Counted from the first letter of the stretch, positions 30,038-44,100 are shown. The stretch is 64,000 nucleotides of DNA from an uncultured delta proteobacterium (GCA_963848135.1 CAWKCK010000002.1:372001-436000); one strand, 5' to 3'. Notes: a model not told the origin generated them from the letters alone. Made by a program: numbers and translations.

Positions 30038-33000
30038 CTACATCTTCCCGATAACATTGATGAACAGCCCCTGGGTTCGGTAATCCAGTTGGGTCAGGTC
30101 ATCCGAAAAATCACTGAAGTTATAGCCGACCCCCACCTTCATGTGATTGCCAAGGTGGCGGTATAGTCCCACCAACGCCCCGCTGCGGTTGTCTTGTGCA
30201 TCCGGCAGGTTAAGCCAGCGCATTTCAAAAAGCGCATCCCAGCGATGAAGGAAGTGCCAGTCCGCTCGCAGCACATACAGGTGGGCACGACTGTCGAAGA
30301 ACTCTGGATTTTCCCGATCCTGGGCCACCTGACCATAGCGGTAAGCGTACTTGCCGCCCACGGTCCAGCGGGGCGTAAGGTCATATATGACATCCACCGA
30401 TCCGATGTGGCTGCGCTGGATGACGCCCGTAGCCGTGCCAGCCACCTGATCGGCGGTCGGCAGATTGTAGAAATATGTATATTTGAACAGCGCATTGAGA
30501 CGGTCATTTTGAACGGGGCGATAGGCATAGCCCAGGACGGCTTCAGTGTAGTCGCCGTCATAGAAATCTCCCAACGAACTCTCACTCACGGCATAATTGA
30601 ATTTTCCGACGATTCGCCAATTCTCGGACAGTTGATACTTTAAGCTGTTCTTAAACAACCAGGTGGTGCGTTTGGTGAAATTGGTATCGAGCTGCTCGGT
30701 ATTTTCGATCAAGTATTCCAGGGCACTGGTAATCTTCAAACTGTCGAAACCGTATCCGGCATTTACTCCCAGTGCGAATCTCTCCAGCTTCTGCGCGGTC
30801 TGACGATCCGTGAGCGTGCCGAAATCGATATTCGCGCCCAAATTAAGGCGATCTGTCGGCGCGAGGTCGATACCGGTAGCATGCGTCAGTCCAGTGGGCA
30901 CATCGCCATGGGTATAGCGTTCTTCTAGAAAAATGCTGGCGCTGTCGGAATATCGCGTGCGGAAACCGGAAGCCAGGTTGCCCTTCCTGGCGCGCAGACC
31001 ATTATCGGTCCGTTCGTTCTCTAAAGTGTAATTGTTGTAAATCGTGGTCCGGTCGGAGTACAGGTACTCGGTCCCGATCCGGCCACCGGGACCAAGATTT
31101 CCACCGGAAACCTCACCAGTCAGGTTGAACCGGTCGGTCAAACGCCAGCTGCCACCACCACCGAAGCGGTTGTTGTCCTCGCGATTGCCACTCGTCCGAA
31201 TCGTCCCCTGGGCAAAACCATAGGTCGTCCATCGCGTATGGGAATCGTAAAGCAGCTGGGCGACTGCATCCGTACGGTCACCCTCTTCCTGGGTAAGAGG
31301 CACGATCGGGGAGTCGTCCTGACGGTTGTCATGGCGCACACCTGAACTCAGGGTCCAATGCTCACCCATGCGGTAATCGAGGTCCAGTTCACCGGTCTGC
31401 GTATCGAGGCCCTCATTCTGATTTTGTATGTCCACCTTTAAACGCGCGTCCAAACGGTCGGTGAAAGGAATTGCCGCCGTTCCGCCGTATTGGTTCAGAT
31501 CCCGAACAGTGGCCAGACCCGGTGCCGAATACCCTGCCCCCAGATCCTGCATGTAGAGAGTGACCCGGCCGCGCCCATTGTCGAAGAAGTCCTTGGCGCC
31601 GATACTGGCATCGACCCGATAGGCCGAGGCGTCGGTTTCACTGGCGCCGAAGGCATCTGCCGGGCGGAAGTCGAAACCACCGTCAACAGATGTCGTAGAG
31701 AGTACACCCGGTCCTTTGCTGTGGCCGGCTTCGAGCCTGACCCAAGACTCTGCAGACTTGCGCAGGGTCACATCCGCTCCACCCAACCGGCTTTCGATGT
31801 CCGCCTCCTCATCCTGGCTGGCGGTCACGCCGACCTTGATGTAATCATTGAACCAGTAATGAACCGTGCCGCCGACCGCAAGCGTGTCGGGATCCTCGAA
31901 CCCCGGGGTGAATTCATAACGAACCACCAGAAAGGCTGGATTTCCGCTGTTTGAGTCACTGCGTACCAGCAGACGGTCGTCTGAGGTAGAAGACAAGGGT
32001 TGGGCCAGCAGGATTCGTCCCTGCAGATAGTCGATGTCGTAATCGAGGACCGGCGTCAGGTTCTTGACCTCCATAACAATCCCGGAAACCTTGTCGCGGA
32101 CTTCGATACGTACCTGTTCAGATCCCATTAAAACATCTTGCCGTCGCAGGAAGTAGAGCGACCCGCCCGTTCCGAGAAACTCATCCCGAGCGGCCACGGT
32201 GCCTGGGTCTGCCGCAAATCCGTCCAAAAGGAGGCGCGGATCGCCGAAACCGGTGGTGCCGAGGGTTTGGAAATGCAGATTGGCGCCGTACAGACCACGC
32301 TCCACCCGCGCCAGATCATTATCGTTGTAACCGATCATGAAGTTGCCCCAGAGCCCGTAGGATTCATCTTTTTCCATTTTGACGTAAAACTTACCCTTGG
32401 TCGGCGCATCTTGAACAACCGTGCTGTCATCGCCGAATGTCGGGTAGTACACATCCGTATCCAACCGTCTGAACAAGGCCTCGGGGGACTTGTCCAAGAA
32501 GTTGGTAAAAATTTCGTCCAAAGGGCCTTCGCGCGTATCGGCGCTGGCCGTCAGCGTCCAGCCGTTTTTGAATTTGCCGTTTGTGTAGAACGCCAAGCGA
32601 CCTTGGAAGCTCGTGTCTTCACTGTACTCGGGATTATCCGGCGCGACCAACGCGGCCGGTCCATCGGTTTTGTTTCCGGAGGCGGTCAGGTCGGCGATTC
32701 CTACGGCAAACCAGTCGCTTTTTTTCAGTTCCAGGTCACGCAGGAAGAGCTCACCGTTGCCAAATTTGTCTAGTACACCCACCTCGACAGTGTGCATGCC
32801 TCCCGGTAGGATTTCTTCAGCAACGAATCTGCCCGTGTTGTCCACGGGTACGGCGTAACCCGCCAGCCAGACATGATGACCTTGCGGAATCTCGGCGCCG
32901 TAAACCTGCACCGTGCCGCCGCTGAGCGGGATGTTGCGGATAGCGATACGACTCTCTCCGTAACCAACCAGCAGTTCCTTGCTGGGATCCGCTTCGGTAA

Positions 33001-35149
33001 CCGAGGGGTCGATCTGATTGACCACCCACAGAGGCTGGGTCTTTGTCTCGTCAAAAAATCCCTTCTTGTCGTAGACCCTCACCAGGTATTTCAGCTTGTC
33101 CACCGGTGCAGAGAAGGATGCGAACTCCGCCTGCCACTGGGCCATGCCGTCAGCGTCCATGACGATCACGGCGATAGGCGCATCGCGAACGGACTGCTCC
33201 TCTCTGAAAATCCTGACTTCCGCCCGCTCGATGAAACTGCGATAGTTGGCATATAGGCGGAAACGCACCAGGTTTTCTGCAAACGGCGTATCCTCCTGGT
33301 CCTGATAGCGGATCGTGCGCGGCCAAGCGGTCACGTTAAGTCGTGGTTCCGGTTTCAGGCTATCGTATTTGAATTGGATTTGAGCGTTTTCAAGGGCCAC
33401 GTCGGTACAACGTTGCACGTCCGCGCTGCATTTACCCGGATCGTCGAGCGGCTTTCCGTCGACCGTGATACGCATGAGATTCAACCCAAAAGGATCGGCC
33501 GTGGTCACCTCGCGGGTCATGGGTGTAATCTCGACCCCTTCGTAGTCATCGAGCAGAATCGGCTCATCATAGACCACCTGCACCCGGACAAGCGAGGTAT
33601 CGGATTCGATGAAACCGGCGTTCACCACATCATCGGACTGGACATAGCCGCGGCCGTCGCATTCAGCCTGACCTTCTGTCAAGCCCATCTGCTCGCTGAC
33701 GGTTCCCATGGCACGCCGTGCGCGCGCCATGGACAATCCAATGTCATCTCCGTAAACCGCGGCCGTGCGGCGATCCAGACGTTTGTTGCCAGTATAGCCG
33801 ACAAATCGCAATCGAACATGGGTCTTGTCGCTGATCTCAGCCATAACGCGCTGTAAATGCTCGGTGTAGCCGGCGGGCACAACTGGTTGTCCGTTCGCGA
33901 ACAGAATCGGATCGATGGGCCCTGACGATGCGTTGTAAATCCGAACGACGGTCTCGACACCGGCAGCGTCCGGACACAGCTGGGGTTCATCGGGCAAATC
34001 CTGCAGGGGATCGTCATGCCAGAATTCCACTTCCACCCGCCGATTCAGCGCCCGGCCCTGCTGCGTATCGTTGGAGGCAACCGGCTGTGATGCACCTCTG
34101 CCTTCGCTTTCTATGGCAGCATTTGGCAATCTTAGGTCTTCCTGAACGGCGAGTGAAATGCGTCGGGCAACCGCTTTGGAGAGTCCGTTGTGGTCGCCGT
34201 AGATACGCTCTTCTCTTCCTCTCAGCGGAATGTTATCGGTATAGGCGATGAATTTGACGACCAGATTCTGTTTGCCGCGGAGGTTGTTCAACGCATGCCT
34301 GACCTGCTGCAGAAATGATTCGGGTACATCCGCCATGCCTTCGTCGTAATGAAGGGGGGTAATCAAATTTTTTACGCGCGCCCTATGGGAATGGCCGTCC
34401 TTGTAACGCAATTTGCAAACCGTCTCGGTCCGGCAAACCTTGATACGGCTCACGTCTCGGGGGACGATCACTTCCGTTTCGACCAGCTTTTCTATGATCT
34501 CATCGTACCAGACCTGCACTTCCACACGCCGGTTGAGCTGTCGTCCTTCCTCGGTCTTGTTGTCGGCCACGGGTTGGCTGTCGCCGCGCCCTTCGTACGA
34601 AATGGCTTCGGGTGGAAGACTCAGGGCGCGCTGGCAATATTCGGCCGCAGTACCCGCCCGTTCGCGTGACAGCCCGACGTTGTCGCCATAGCGTTTTTGC
34701 AAGTTTTCGCGTAGCGGCAGGTTGTCTGTATGGCCGATAAAATGGAGTCGTACGTTGAGGCGGTCGCGCATGCTGTCGAAGACCGCCCGAAGACGCTCAA
34801 GGTAGTCTTCGGGAATCTCCGCTTCGCCCAGTCCGAAATGGATGGGCGGAACCAGATTATCGACCTTGATCGTTTGGGCATCCTGTTCGATGGTCTCGCT
34901 TATCTCAGTGCGATCGCCCTCGTTCACCTCGAATAAGGCCGGGTCATGGATCCAAGGCGTAATCGGCTGGTCGGCCGGCAGATGAATCTCGGACGTCGCT
35001 CCGCGCGAAGCAGTCTCCCTCACTCCGGTTTCACCCGAAAAATCGGCCTCTGCGACTGCCGTGGTGACCGCACACCAGCACAAAATAGCGATACCGCGTT
35101 TCGCAATCAGTCGCATCAGCATCATTGGGGTAAGGGACATGGTTTTCAT
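30038..35149 (-). CDS. Large envelope protein: 2-3 OmpA-like peptidoglycan-binding domains plus probable C-terminal outer-membrane beta-barrel
   Basis: GHTDN...LSRERA...GRGDSQPVADNKTEEGRQLNRRVEV repeated. The C-terminal ~600 aa has alternating aromatic beta strands ending GVGYNFSDF...GLFINVIGKM. Confidence 0.8.
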   Translation of the reverse strand: MKTMSLTPMMLMRLIAKRGIAILCWCAVTTAVAEADFSGETGVRETASRGATSEIHLPADQPITPWIHDPALFEVNEGDRTEISETIEQDAQTIKVDNLVPPIHFGLGEAEIPEDYLERLRAVFDSMRDRLNVRLHFIGHTDNLPLRENLQKRYGDNVGLSRERAGTAAEYCQRALSLPPEAISYEGRGDSQPVADNKTEEGRQLNRRVEVQVWYDEIIEKLVETEVIVPRDVSRIKVCRTETVCKLRYKDGHSHRARVKNLITPLHYDEGMADVPESFLQQVRHALNNLRGKQNLVVKFIAYTDNIPLRGREERIYGDHNGLSKAVARRISLAVQEDLRLPNAAIESEGRGASQPVASNDTQQGRALNRRVEVEFWHDDPLQDLPDEPQLCPDAAGVETVVRIYNASSGPIDPILFANGQPVVPAGYTEHLQRVMAEISDKTHVRLRFVGYTGNKRLDRRTAAVYGDDIGLSMARARRAMGTVSEQMGLTEGQAECDGRGYVQSDDVVNAGFIESDTSLVRVQVVYDEPILLDDYEGVEITPMTREVTTADPFGLNLMRITVDGKPLDDPGKCSADVQRCTDVALENAQIQFKYDSLKPEPRLNVTAWPRTIRYQDQEDTPFAENLVRFRLYANYRSFIERAEVRIFREEQSVRDAPIAVIVMDADGMAQWQAEFASFSAPVDKLKYLVRVYDKKGFFDETKTQPLWVVNQIDPSVTEADPSKELLVGYGESRIAIRNIPLSGGTVQVYGAEIPQGHHVWLAGYAVPVDNTGRFVAEEILPGGMHTVEVGVLDKFGNGELFLRDLELKKSDWFAVGIADLTASGNKTDGPAALVAPDNPEYSEDTSFQGRLAFYTNGKFKNGWTLTASADTREGPLDEIFTNFLDKSPEALFRRLDTDVYYPTFGDDSTVVQDAPTKGKFYVKMEKDESYGLWGNFMIGYNDNDLARVERGLYGANLHFQTLGTTGFGDPRLLLDGFAADPGTVAARDEFLGTGGSLYFLRRQDVLMGSEQVRIEVRDKVSGIVMEVKNLTPVLDYDIDYLQGRILLAQPLSSTSDDRLLVRSDSNSGNPAFLVVRYEFTPGFEDPDTLAVGGTVHYWFNDYIKVGVTASQDEEADIESRLGGADVTLRKSAESWVRLEAGHSKGPGVLSTTSVDGGFDFRPADAFGASETDASAYRVDASIGAKDFFDNGRGRVTLYMQDLGAGYSAPGLATVRDLNQYGGTAAIPFTDRLDARLKVDIQNQNEGLDTQTGELDLDYRMGEHWTLSSGVRHDNRQDDSPIVPLTQEEGDRTDAVAQLLYDSHTRWTTYGFAQGTIRTSGNREDNNRFGGGGSWRLTDRFNLTGEVSGGNLGPGGRIGTEYLYSDRTTIYNNYTLENERTDNGLRARKGNLASGFRTRYSDSASIFLEERYTHGDVPTGLTHATGIDLAPTDRLNLGANIDFGTLTDRQTAQKLERFALGVNAGYGFDSLKITSALEYLIENTEQLDTNFTKRTTWLFKNSLKYQLSENWRIVGKFNYAVSESSLGDFYDGDYTEAVLGYAYRPVQNDRLNALFKYTYFYNLPTADQVAGTATGVIQRSHIGSVDVIYDLTPRWTVGGKYAYRYGQVAQDRENPEFFDSRAHLYVLRADWHFLHRWDALFEMRWLNLPDAQDNRSGALVGLYRHLGNHMKVGVGYNFSDFSDDLTQLDYRTQGLFINVIGKM

Positions 35150-35156
35150 TATTCCG

Positions 35157-38100
35157 TTATCGCTGGCTCGTCACCGGAGCCCCGCGTCTCCAGAAAATTT
35201 CAGTTTCAACAGTCAGGCGATAACCACCTTCTGACCGTTTCCATTGTCTGGTGATTTCCTTTTTCAACGCGCCCAAACGTTGATTAACCAAACCTTTCGT
35301 TTCCACATCGGCGAGGTATGACAAGCGCAGCAGGGATGGCGCCTTCTTCAGCTCTGCCAGCAACTGGTCAAGCCGGGGCCTCCATTGCAACCGCAGTTCG
35401 CTGGTATTGGGCTCGAACACGCCGCCAGCAATATCGATGCGGATCACGCGGTGTATGGTCGCTCCAAAATTAAAGCGAATCATCTTTCCGCGGGTGGCCC
35501 GCTGCACACGTGGATTTTCGGTGGTGAGGCGATAGCCGGTCGGCAAGCTGCGCTCGTCCAGCTTCAGGATGACATTGCTGCCGCGATCCTCATCGGGCAC
35601 AGCCGCACACGTGATGTGAAAGCGCCCGTGTTCGTCTGTGGTGGCGATCAAACCCCGCACCGTCACGACGCGAACACCGGCCAGGCCTTTTTCGCCTGTG
35701 TCCTGCCGACCGTTCAGATTGCGGTCATCGAAAACCTTGCCGATGAAATCGGTGCAATCGAAATCCGGATCGGGTACGACCCGCACGGTGGCCGTCGCTT
35801 CCCCCGAGACAGCCCCACCTGTGGCGGTGTTGATCACCTGCGCCCGGTTGACGTATTCGCCTTCGGTGACGCCTGAACCCACCACCAGCAGGAACTTGAA
35901 CGTTTTTATCTGGTTGACTTGCAGGTCGAGATCATCCCAGAACGCTTCCAGGCCGTTGATGAGCGGTTCGAGCGGTTGGCCGTCCAGGCGGGCTGAACCG
36001 GTCACGTATTTGAAGCCGGCCGGAAAACGATCGACGATGCGGATGTCGTAAAGCGGCGCGCCGAACACATTCGACACGGTGATCGTGTAAGGAACCAACT
36101 CCCCCCGAACCACGTTGACCGTGGACGAGGTCTTGGTTATGCTCACGGCGCCGCCCAGTTCCGGATCGATGGGGATGGGGTTGTTGAACACCTGGCTTTG
36201 ACCCGGCAAATTCCCGTTGTTCAGCACCAGGTGAAGATAGTAAGTGGTACCGGCAGCTCCCGGCAGGATCGACAGCGGCGGTATCGCAGGGTAAGTCGTC
36301 ACCTCGCAGAAATCGGCTGTGGCGGGCACAGCATCGTTGGCGCTGCCGGGGCAAGCTGGAACGGAAAATGCCGCGGTGGTCGTGTCACTGGCGGGCGGGA
36401 TGATTTCAGACGGCGCGGCCACGTAACCGGTTGCCGGCGGTACTACCTCAATGAGATAGGCGCCGCCTGCCGGACAGGAACCATCACTGAAGTTGAGGTC
36501 GAACTTGTAAAAACCGTCCTGAGCTGTGACCTGGTTCTGCTGATTCGGATCGTCGAAACACTGGCTCGGCAGAGGGGTTCCAGTGGCCGCGTTCAGTAGT
36601 GTCAGCCGGACACCAGCCACCGGTTCACGCGCAACCGAGTTATATGCGGCACCGTTGGGCCAGAGCGGCAGATTTAGATTCTGCAGATAGCCGCCCGACG
36701 CGACGGTAATGGCGCTGATCCGCTGCGGGCCGTTGGTGAATGCCGAGTCGGCCATACCCAGTGAGGCGGTGTTCGGACCAGCACCCGCCGCAAGGAAACG
36801 CAGTTCGTATAGTTCCGTCGTGCCCGCGTTGGGCACAAGACCGTTGATCCGATAAGCACCGGAGGCATCGGTCAACACCGTGGTGACCAGCTGACTGTTA
36901 CGATAAAGCGCCACCGACCAACCCTCCAACAAGGTTTCGGTGGTGGTGTCGCAAATCCTGTTCAGGTTGGCGTCGTGCCAGACGTTGCCATTGAAGATGC
37001 CGCTGCCGGGCGTACCACCCACGTCAAGCGATACGCTGGCCGAATCGGTCTGCGCCGGATCGTTCCAACGAACGACACCAGTATTGGTGATGGTCGTCCC
37101 GATGGCCAGCGCGGGATCGATCTGCACGCGGAAGCGCACGATGGCACTGTAACCGGGTTGCAAATCTCCGTACTGGGCAGCATAGTCCGCCGTAAGGGTC
37201 GAGCCGGCGTAGGTCACCCCCGCCACCGTGCCGTTCAGTGTGCCCGATCCGGCAATGTAGGCCACCTGATTGCCCAGCGGAGGACTCAGATCGTCGGTGA
37301 CCATCACGCGTGTTGCGGGCAATGTGCCGACGTTGGTCACCCGAATCGTATAGGCCAACTGGCCGCCGGCTATGGCAGCGCCACCGCCCACGATGGATAC
37401 TTCCTTGGTCACGGAAAGCAGCTGTGCGTCGCCGACGACAATGACGGTCGGCTGGTAGCCGTTTGACGGCAGTCCGTCCGCATCGGTGGGTACCGGTGAC
37501 AATTCGTCGGAGGTCACACTGCCCTGGTTACTGATAAGGGTACCAGCAGGAACACCGGCATTGACTCTGGCCTCAAAAGTGATCACGGCGTTGTTGCCGG
37601 CAGAAATGATGCCGGCACCCGGATTGTCGGAGGAATTTACCGTCAGACCGGCGATCAGCGGCGATACACCGCCATCGGGACCCATTGATGAACCGTTCAG
37701 ACGTAGGGAGTCGACGACATAGCTTGTGTTGGCGGGCACGGTGTCAGTAAGCGTCACTCCCGTCGCAGGGATAGCACCATAGTTGCTGATGGCGATGGTG
37801 TAGCGAAGCACGTCACCCGGATCGACGATCCCCGGTGAACCGAAATCTTCGTGGATCTGCACGGTTTTATGGGCATATAGCAATGGCAGGTTGCCGACAA
37901 CGTTGCGGGTTGGATCGTCGGGAATCGGAGTGGTCGGGTCATCCGACGGCTGCTCGGGCTGCAGACCGCTTCCCGCACCACTGGCACTAAAAAATCCCTG
38001 GTTCTCGATGATCAGGCCGTTCATGGCGCTCGGATCGACCACCACGTCGAAGGTCACCGTGGCCACATTGGTTGCCCCCGGCCCGGTATCGGCGCGCAAA

Positions 38101-41100
38101 TACCCGGCAGTGGCGTTTTCCGGCGCATTGACCAGGATCCCGGCATGTAATGGATTATTGCCGGGACTCGGGTCGGGCACGGCAATACCGTTGAGGGTCG
38201 TGCTGTTGGCCACGTAAGTGGTATTGGCAGGGGTATCGTCCCGCAGACGCGCATTTACGGCATCCTCTGTACCGATGTTTTTGATGGTGATTGTGTAACG
38301 CAGCGTTTCGCCGGCCATTAGAACGTTGGGATCCCCTGACATGATGGTCGAAATCTTCCGCACCTCGAAAACCGGCGCCGAGGCAATCAGCGTCTCGGTC
38401 GGATCTGTGTCACCGGGCATGTTGGGATCATCGCTTTGAAGCCGGACGGGGTTCACTGAGACTATTTCAGCCTGGTTGAGCACCACGGTGCCACTGGTGA
38501 TTGCCGGCGCCAGGGTGATCTCGAATACGATCAGCACCGTATCGTTGGCATCGCCCTGGGCGCCAATGACGAGATTGGCGACATTCAGCAGGCCCGTGCC
38601 ATGGGTACCGCCCACCGCACTGGTGCCCGAGGTGTCGGCGCCCGCAGGCACGCTGATCATAACGAGGCTGCCGGGGGCGAAGACCGGTGGGTCATTGAGG
38701 CGATCGACCTCGTCCATGATGGAAAAAGAGGTCACGCCCACGGGTCCGGAATTGCTGAGCTGGATGGTGTAGCGCAATGTGTCACCGGGGCTGGCGTTGC
38801 TGCCAGGATTCTGCCCGGTGGTCATGTTCTGCACGTTCTTGATGAAGGCCAGGATCGGCGCTTCGCAGGTAACGGTGTGGCTATCCTCGTGGTCGAGGGT
38901 ACCCGGTGTGCCGTCGGTCAGCACGCGGTCATAAATGCGCGGCGCGGTACCCGCTGCACCGGGGTCGGCACTGAACCATTGCGTGGCCCCGGCTACATTG
39001 GTCAACACAATCCCATTCTCGGTCGACAGATCCAGCTCGAGATCGTAGCGAACGATCAGGCGCTGATCGGGCGCCAGGCCGCCGGCTGCTGACAAAAGAC
39101 TGATGGTCCATTCGCAGGTGGGTTGGCCGTTGAAGCTCACAGAATAATCGGTGTCCTCAACGAGCGGCGCCGGTGCCGGTGTCCCGTCCGCCAAAATGAT
39201 CTGCGCGGTCACATTGCTCGGCCCGACCGCGCACATACCTCCCGTCGCGCCTTGGGGCAACCGATCGGTAATGATCGGGTTCCAGGCAGTGCCGGTGCTC
39301 GGGTTGTGCACATTCAGTGTAAAAGCGGCGGGAGTTCCCACCTGCATGGTGGCTGGGCCGGTTTTTTCCAGGGTGAGTGCATCCGGACCGACAATGGTTA
39401 TATCGGGCGAGGTGCCTGAACCGCCATCGGCCTGGCTCCCGGGATTGTTGTTTGTCTGGTTGTAGGTATAAGACGTGCTATTGTTGAACACCAACCCGCT
39501 GACGTTGGTCGGGGTATCAACCAGCAACACCATTATGTCGATGGCAATCTGTTCACCTGCCGGGATGTCGATGCCGGCGGTCGTGTCTTCAATCACAAGG
39601 TTGGTGGCGGTGCCGGTATTGACCGGGGTCCAAGACTGCGAACCGGAAGCTTTGGTGACACTGATAAAGGTCAGATCGGCTGCCGAGGCGCCCAAATCAT
39701 CCAGGATACGAACGTCGTGCATAGCGGCGTTGATCGGTGTTGACGGCACAGTAACCCGGTAGACGATCAAGTCGCCGATAGCCGCCATGGCGGAGACTGG
39801 TGTGACGATGGTTTTTTCCGGAGGTTCGATGATCGCCGTATTGGTCATTTCGAAGATCGCCGGCCCCACCGGCCCATAGAGCTGACCGGACTGGGCGGGC
39901 AACGACCAGTAGCCATCTACGGTAACGCTGTTGTTCCAGGTCTGATTGGGGCCGAAATCGGTATGGAAGCCGATGTCGTAGTCGATGATGAGGCACTCGC
40001 CGGGGTTGACCGGGGTGGTTAGCAGAAAATGCAGGGCGCCGCCGCGAGCAGCCGGCGGCGTGTAGTTGTAATCGCTACCGGTGGTGAGTGAAGCGCCATT
40101 GGCTGACACCACCAGATTGGCTATGCTGGTTTCATCGAGTTGGGTGGCCAGTTGATCGGCCATCTCAATACTGTAGGCCGGTGCCGATCCGCTGTTGCAC
40201 GCCTCCAGCCGGAACAGCATGGTATCGTTGACCACATCCACCGCCGCCGGACTGGTGAGGCCGCTGCGCTCTGTTTTGGTGATAGCAGCGATGACCGGCT
40301 GGTATAGTGTTACAACGGCATCACCGGTAAGGATCGGCGCATCAGTATAGTCAAGTGTCGCCGTATTGGTCAGGGTGGTAGAAGCGACATGGGCAATACC
40401 GGCATCAGGCAGGATGCGCGCGCGATAATTGATTTCGAGAATATCGGTGGTTGGATCACCGAAGGGATTGTTGACCACGTCGCCGATGGTCCAGGTCAGG
40501 GTTCCGGTTTGACCGGCTGCGGGCACATTGGCGGCAGTTATCGGTGCATAAGCGAAATTGGAGCCCGGTCCGCCGGCAGGCGCGGTGTAATCCGCAGCTG
40601 TATCTCCATTGATGCTGACCACATCGACAAAAGCCATGCCTGTGGGCAGCACATCCTGGACCTGGACATTGCTTGTCAGCCCGCCGCGCAGATCCAATGA
40701 CAGGCGATAGGTGATGGTATCGCCCACACGTGCAATGGCGTCCACTGCCGTACTTAGGGGAGGAACATCGAATGTATCGTTGGTGAATGCCTTGGCAATG
40801 CCGCTGTCATCCACCGTGGGGATGATGGTTACCACCGCGCCCGCACAATAATCATTGGGTGCGGTCCAACTGGGACAACCTTGACCATTTCGTTCGTATC
40901 CGCTGTCGCCGTCAAGGGAGGTCCAATCGACCCAAACACTATTGCTGAACGAACCGCTCAACGACTGAACCACAACACGGTAGGTCAAGATCAGGGATTG
41001 ACCAACGGGAATATCCAGGCTGTCATCGCCGTTGCCATGCCCCCAAATAAGAGGACCGACAGGCGCATTGTCCGGCATTGCAACAAAACCGGCTACTGTC

Positions 41101-44100
41101 GAGCCACCGATGGTCGCCGTGGGAATAAAACTGGTGTATAGCGGTAACCCGAACGGCAGGGTATCCACCACATTGACGTCCATTGCGGTGGCAGTACCGC
41201 TGTTAAGAATAGTGACGGCATATTCGAGAATATCGCCACCGGCGGCCGGATCGGTGGGCAGTTTGCCGGACGTGACATTGATTACCGTTTTGGTCCCAGA
41301 GAGCAAGGGTTCGACCACGTTCACGGCTGGCGTGTTATCCGTCAAGACTTCTTGCCCACCGGACTCGCCGTTGGCATAATTCACTACCACCGAATTCTGC
41401 AAGGTATCGCCGTTGTCGGTAACAAGGTCATTGTTCACCCGGGCGAAATACTCGATTCGGATAAGAGGCGTGATAGCGTTTTGGGCCAGATCGTTTTCGG
41501 TCTGGGTGACCACCGTACCGATATTCCAGATAGCGCTACCGCTGGTGTTGTCCGCGGGAAAGGCGGTAAAGGACGATTCACCTGGCACCGCACCGTTGAT
41601 GCTTGCAATACCCTGGAAGGTATAGGTGATATCGTAGCTGTCATTGTTTTCCAGGAAATAGCTGATACCAGAAGTGTCGAGACTATCGGTGACAAGGACG
41701 CCTTGGGTCGTGCCTTCAGGCAGGTTGATGTCGATACGGAAACTTTTGTGTGCCCCGATTGTGGGTATCACGGCCGGGTCCAGATCGGTCTTGACCTGGG
41801 TAAGCGGGGGGACGGTTGCAGAATCGCTGGATTCGGTCTCGTAGTCGTTAATCGTATCAGCGGCGTTGGGCAAGGCGCCGATACGCATGCCGTCCTCGCT
41901 GCCGTCAGCGCCGATCGTCCCCGTGCTATTAAGCGCGGTGGATTGATCCGGCAGTGATGTCCAGTCCGCCTGGATGGTGTTGTCAAGAACTTCCAAGGGC
42001 TGCGCAGCGGTATCGACACTGACGTTGAATGTAAAACTGATAACCCCCGCCGGGTTTATCCCATTGGGTGCGTTCCAGCTGAAAATCGGCCGGTTGACAC
42101 CCAGGGTCGTCGTGTCGATGGTGTCCGGCGGATTGGTGCCGCCTGCAGTGCCCGTGAAGGTCATGTTGCGGCCAGTCAGGTCGTCGAGTACACGCAGGTT
42201 GTATGCGGTGGCCGTCCCATTGTTGGTCGCCGTTACGGTTACCGTGAGGATATCACCGGCATCAGCATTGGCCACGGCAAGGGCTTTGGTGAGGTCGATG
42301 CGCGGTTCGCGCACCAAGACATCGACCTGGCCGAAGGTCAGCACCACCGGGTTGCCTCCCTCGTCGATATAGCTTGCCGTGGCGGTGGTGGCCGGATCCC
42401 CATTGGAAAGCACATCGGCGTCATTGGTCCCGGCGGTGTTTTCGACGCGGGCAATAAACCCGATCTCGAAATCATAACGGTTGCCTATGCTGCCGTTGGT
42501 CACGCGTTGATCGCCGAAATTCCATTCAACGAAACCGTCATTGCAGGCGGGAGTAAAGGTGCCACCGGGCACGAAATTTGCCGCCGAATAGGGCGGCGCA
42601 TTCAGATTGACTTCCGGGGCATCGCTGCAGCGCAGGCCCGCGGGCAGTTCGTCCCGGATCACGAAGTTGCGCAACAGGGCCACCGGCAGCAATGTATTGA
42701 GCCGGTATTCGATTTCTTCACCGATGGAAACGCCTTGAATGCTCCCCGCTCCAACGAGGGGTGTATTGGAAAGATCAATAATCCGCTTGGGTTGTGTCTG
42801 CACCGGAATGACCCGTACCGCCGCCGAGGCCGCTGGAGAGATATAGACCCGCGCGCCGCCGATTTCAGGCGCATCACCGTTGGCGAGTTGGGGTGCGGTC
42901 TGGTTGCCGAACGCCCCTTCCAGTGAGTCGTAAGTGGCGTCGGCCGTGTTGGTGAAGGTCTGCAGCGGGGCCGCGTCATCATCGTAATCGACACGGTAAT
43001 ACAGCTGGACCGATTGTCCTGGATTGATCCGCAGTAAGGGGCTGCTGTGGGTGTAAGCGAAGGTGATCACCGCCGAGGCGCCATTCCGGACAGTGTTATC
43101 GCTGATGACGCCCTCGTCGGCCTCATCAATGACACCATCGCCGTCGTTGTCCAGGCCGTCGGCGTCGAAGGGCAGAACATAGGCAAGGTCGCTGGCATCG
43201 AGGGTGTCGGTCACGGTCACATCATAGGCCGGGGCACGTGTCACACCACTGTCGATGGCCTCGTTGGTCACCGTAAGGCGGTAGATATAAGAGTCGTAGG
43301 CATCACCATCGTCGGCCAGGGGAACGAATGAGGAGCAGGCCGTTCCGCTGCCATTTAAAGATTCGTTGCAGACCCTCTTAACAACGGTAATTTGGGGCTC
43401 GGTGGCGGTCAGTGAAATCTGGCGCACTTCCACGCGCGGGTAACCGACGGTGCCGGAGCCCAAGGTATGGGTCACATTCAAGCCCGTGGTATCGTCCCGG
43501 AAAATGGCGTCGAACGTCGAGTTGAGGGTGTTGGTGCTAAGGGCCGCATGCTGGTTCGGATCACCAACCGTGTTCACGGGATCGTTCAACAAGCGCGTGG
43601 TCATATCCCGCCGAAACCAGTGATCTATCTCGGTGATGGGCAAACCCGCGTTGAAGAGCCAAGTGATCCATCCCTCATTAAGCGGGTTTAACGGGGAGGG
43701 CGCACGGCTGATGCCCTGAATGGCGCTGGTGGTGTTGTCGGGCGGGGCTGAGTCACCGGATCTGAGCCAACCCTGGCCGTTTGGCAGCTCATCGTCTACC
43801 TCAATATTCTGCACCGCAATGAAGGTAAAGCCGGGTGTCTTGAAGCCAAACCAGCCACCAGTGTCAATGTGGTAGGTGCACTCTTCACCGATTTGTACCT
43901 GGCGGTCCGGTGACATTGGCGGGGGATTGTTTTCCGTGCAGGCACCCACCTGGGACTTGAGCAAGTTGAAACCCACAACGCGTGCCCGGAGGCCGTCCAG
44001 GCTGTAATTGTTGGCGCGATCGCTGCCACCATCCGATCTTGCGGGGACGTTGATTGCCGGATAGGTCAGCAGGTTGCCGCCGTTGTCTGTGATCTCCCCG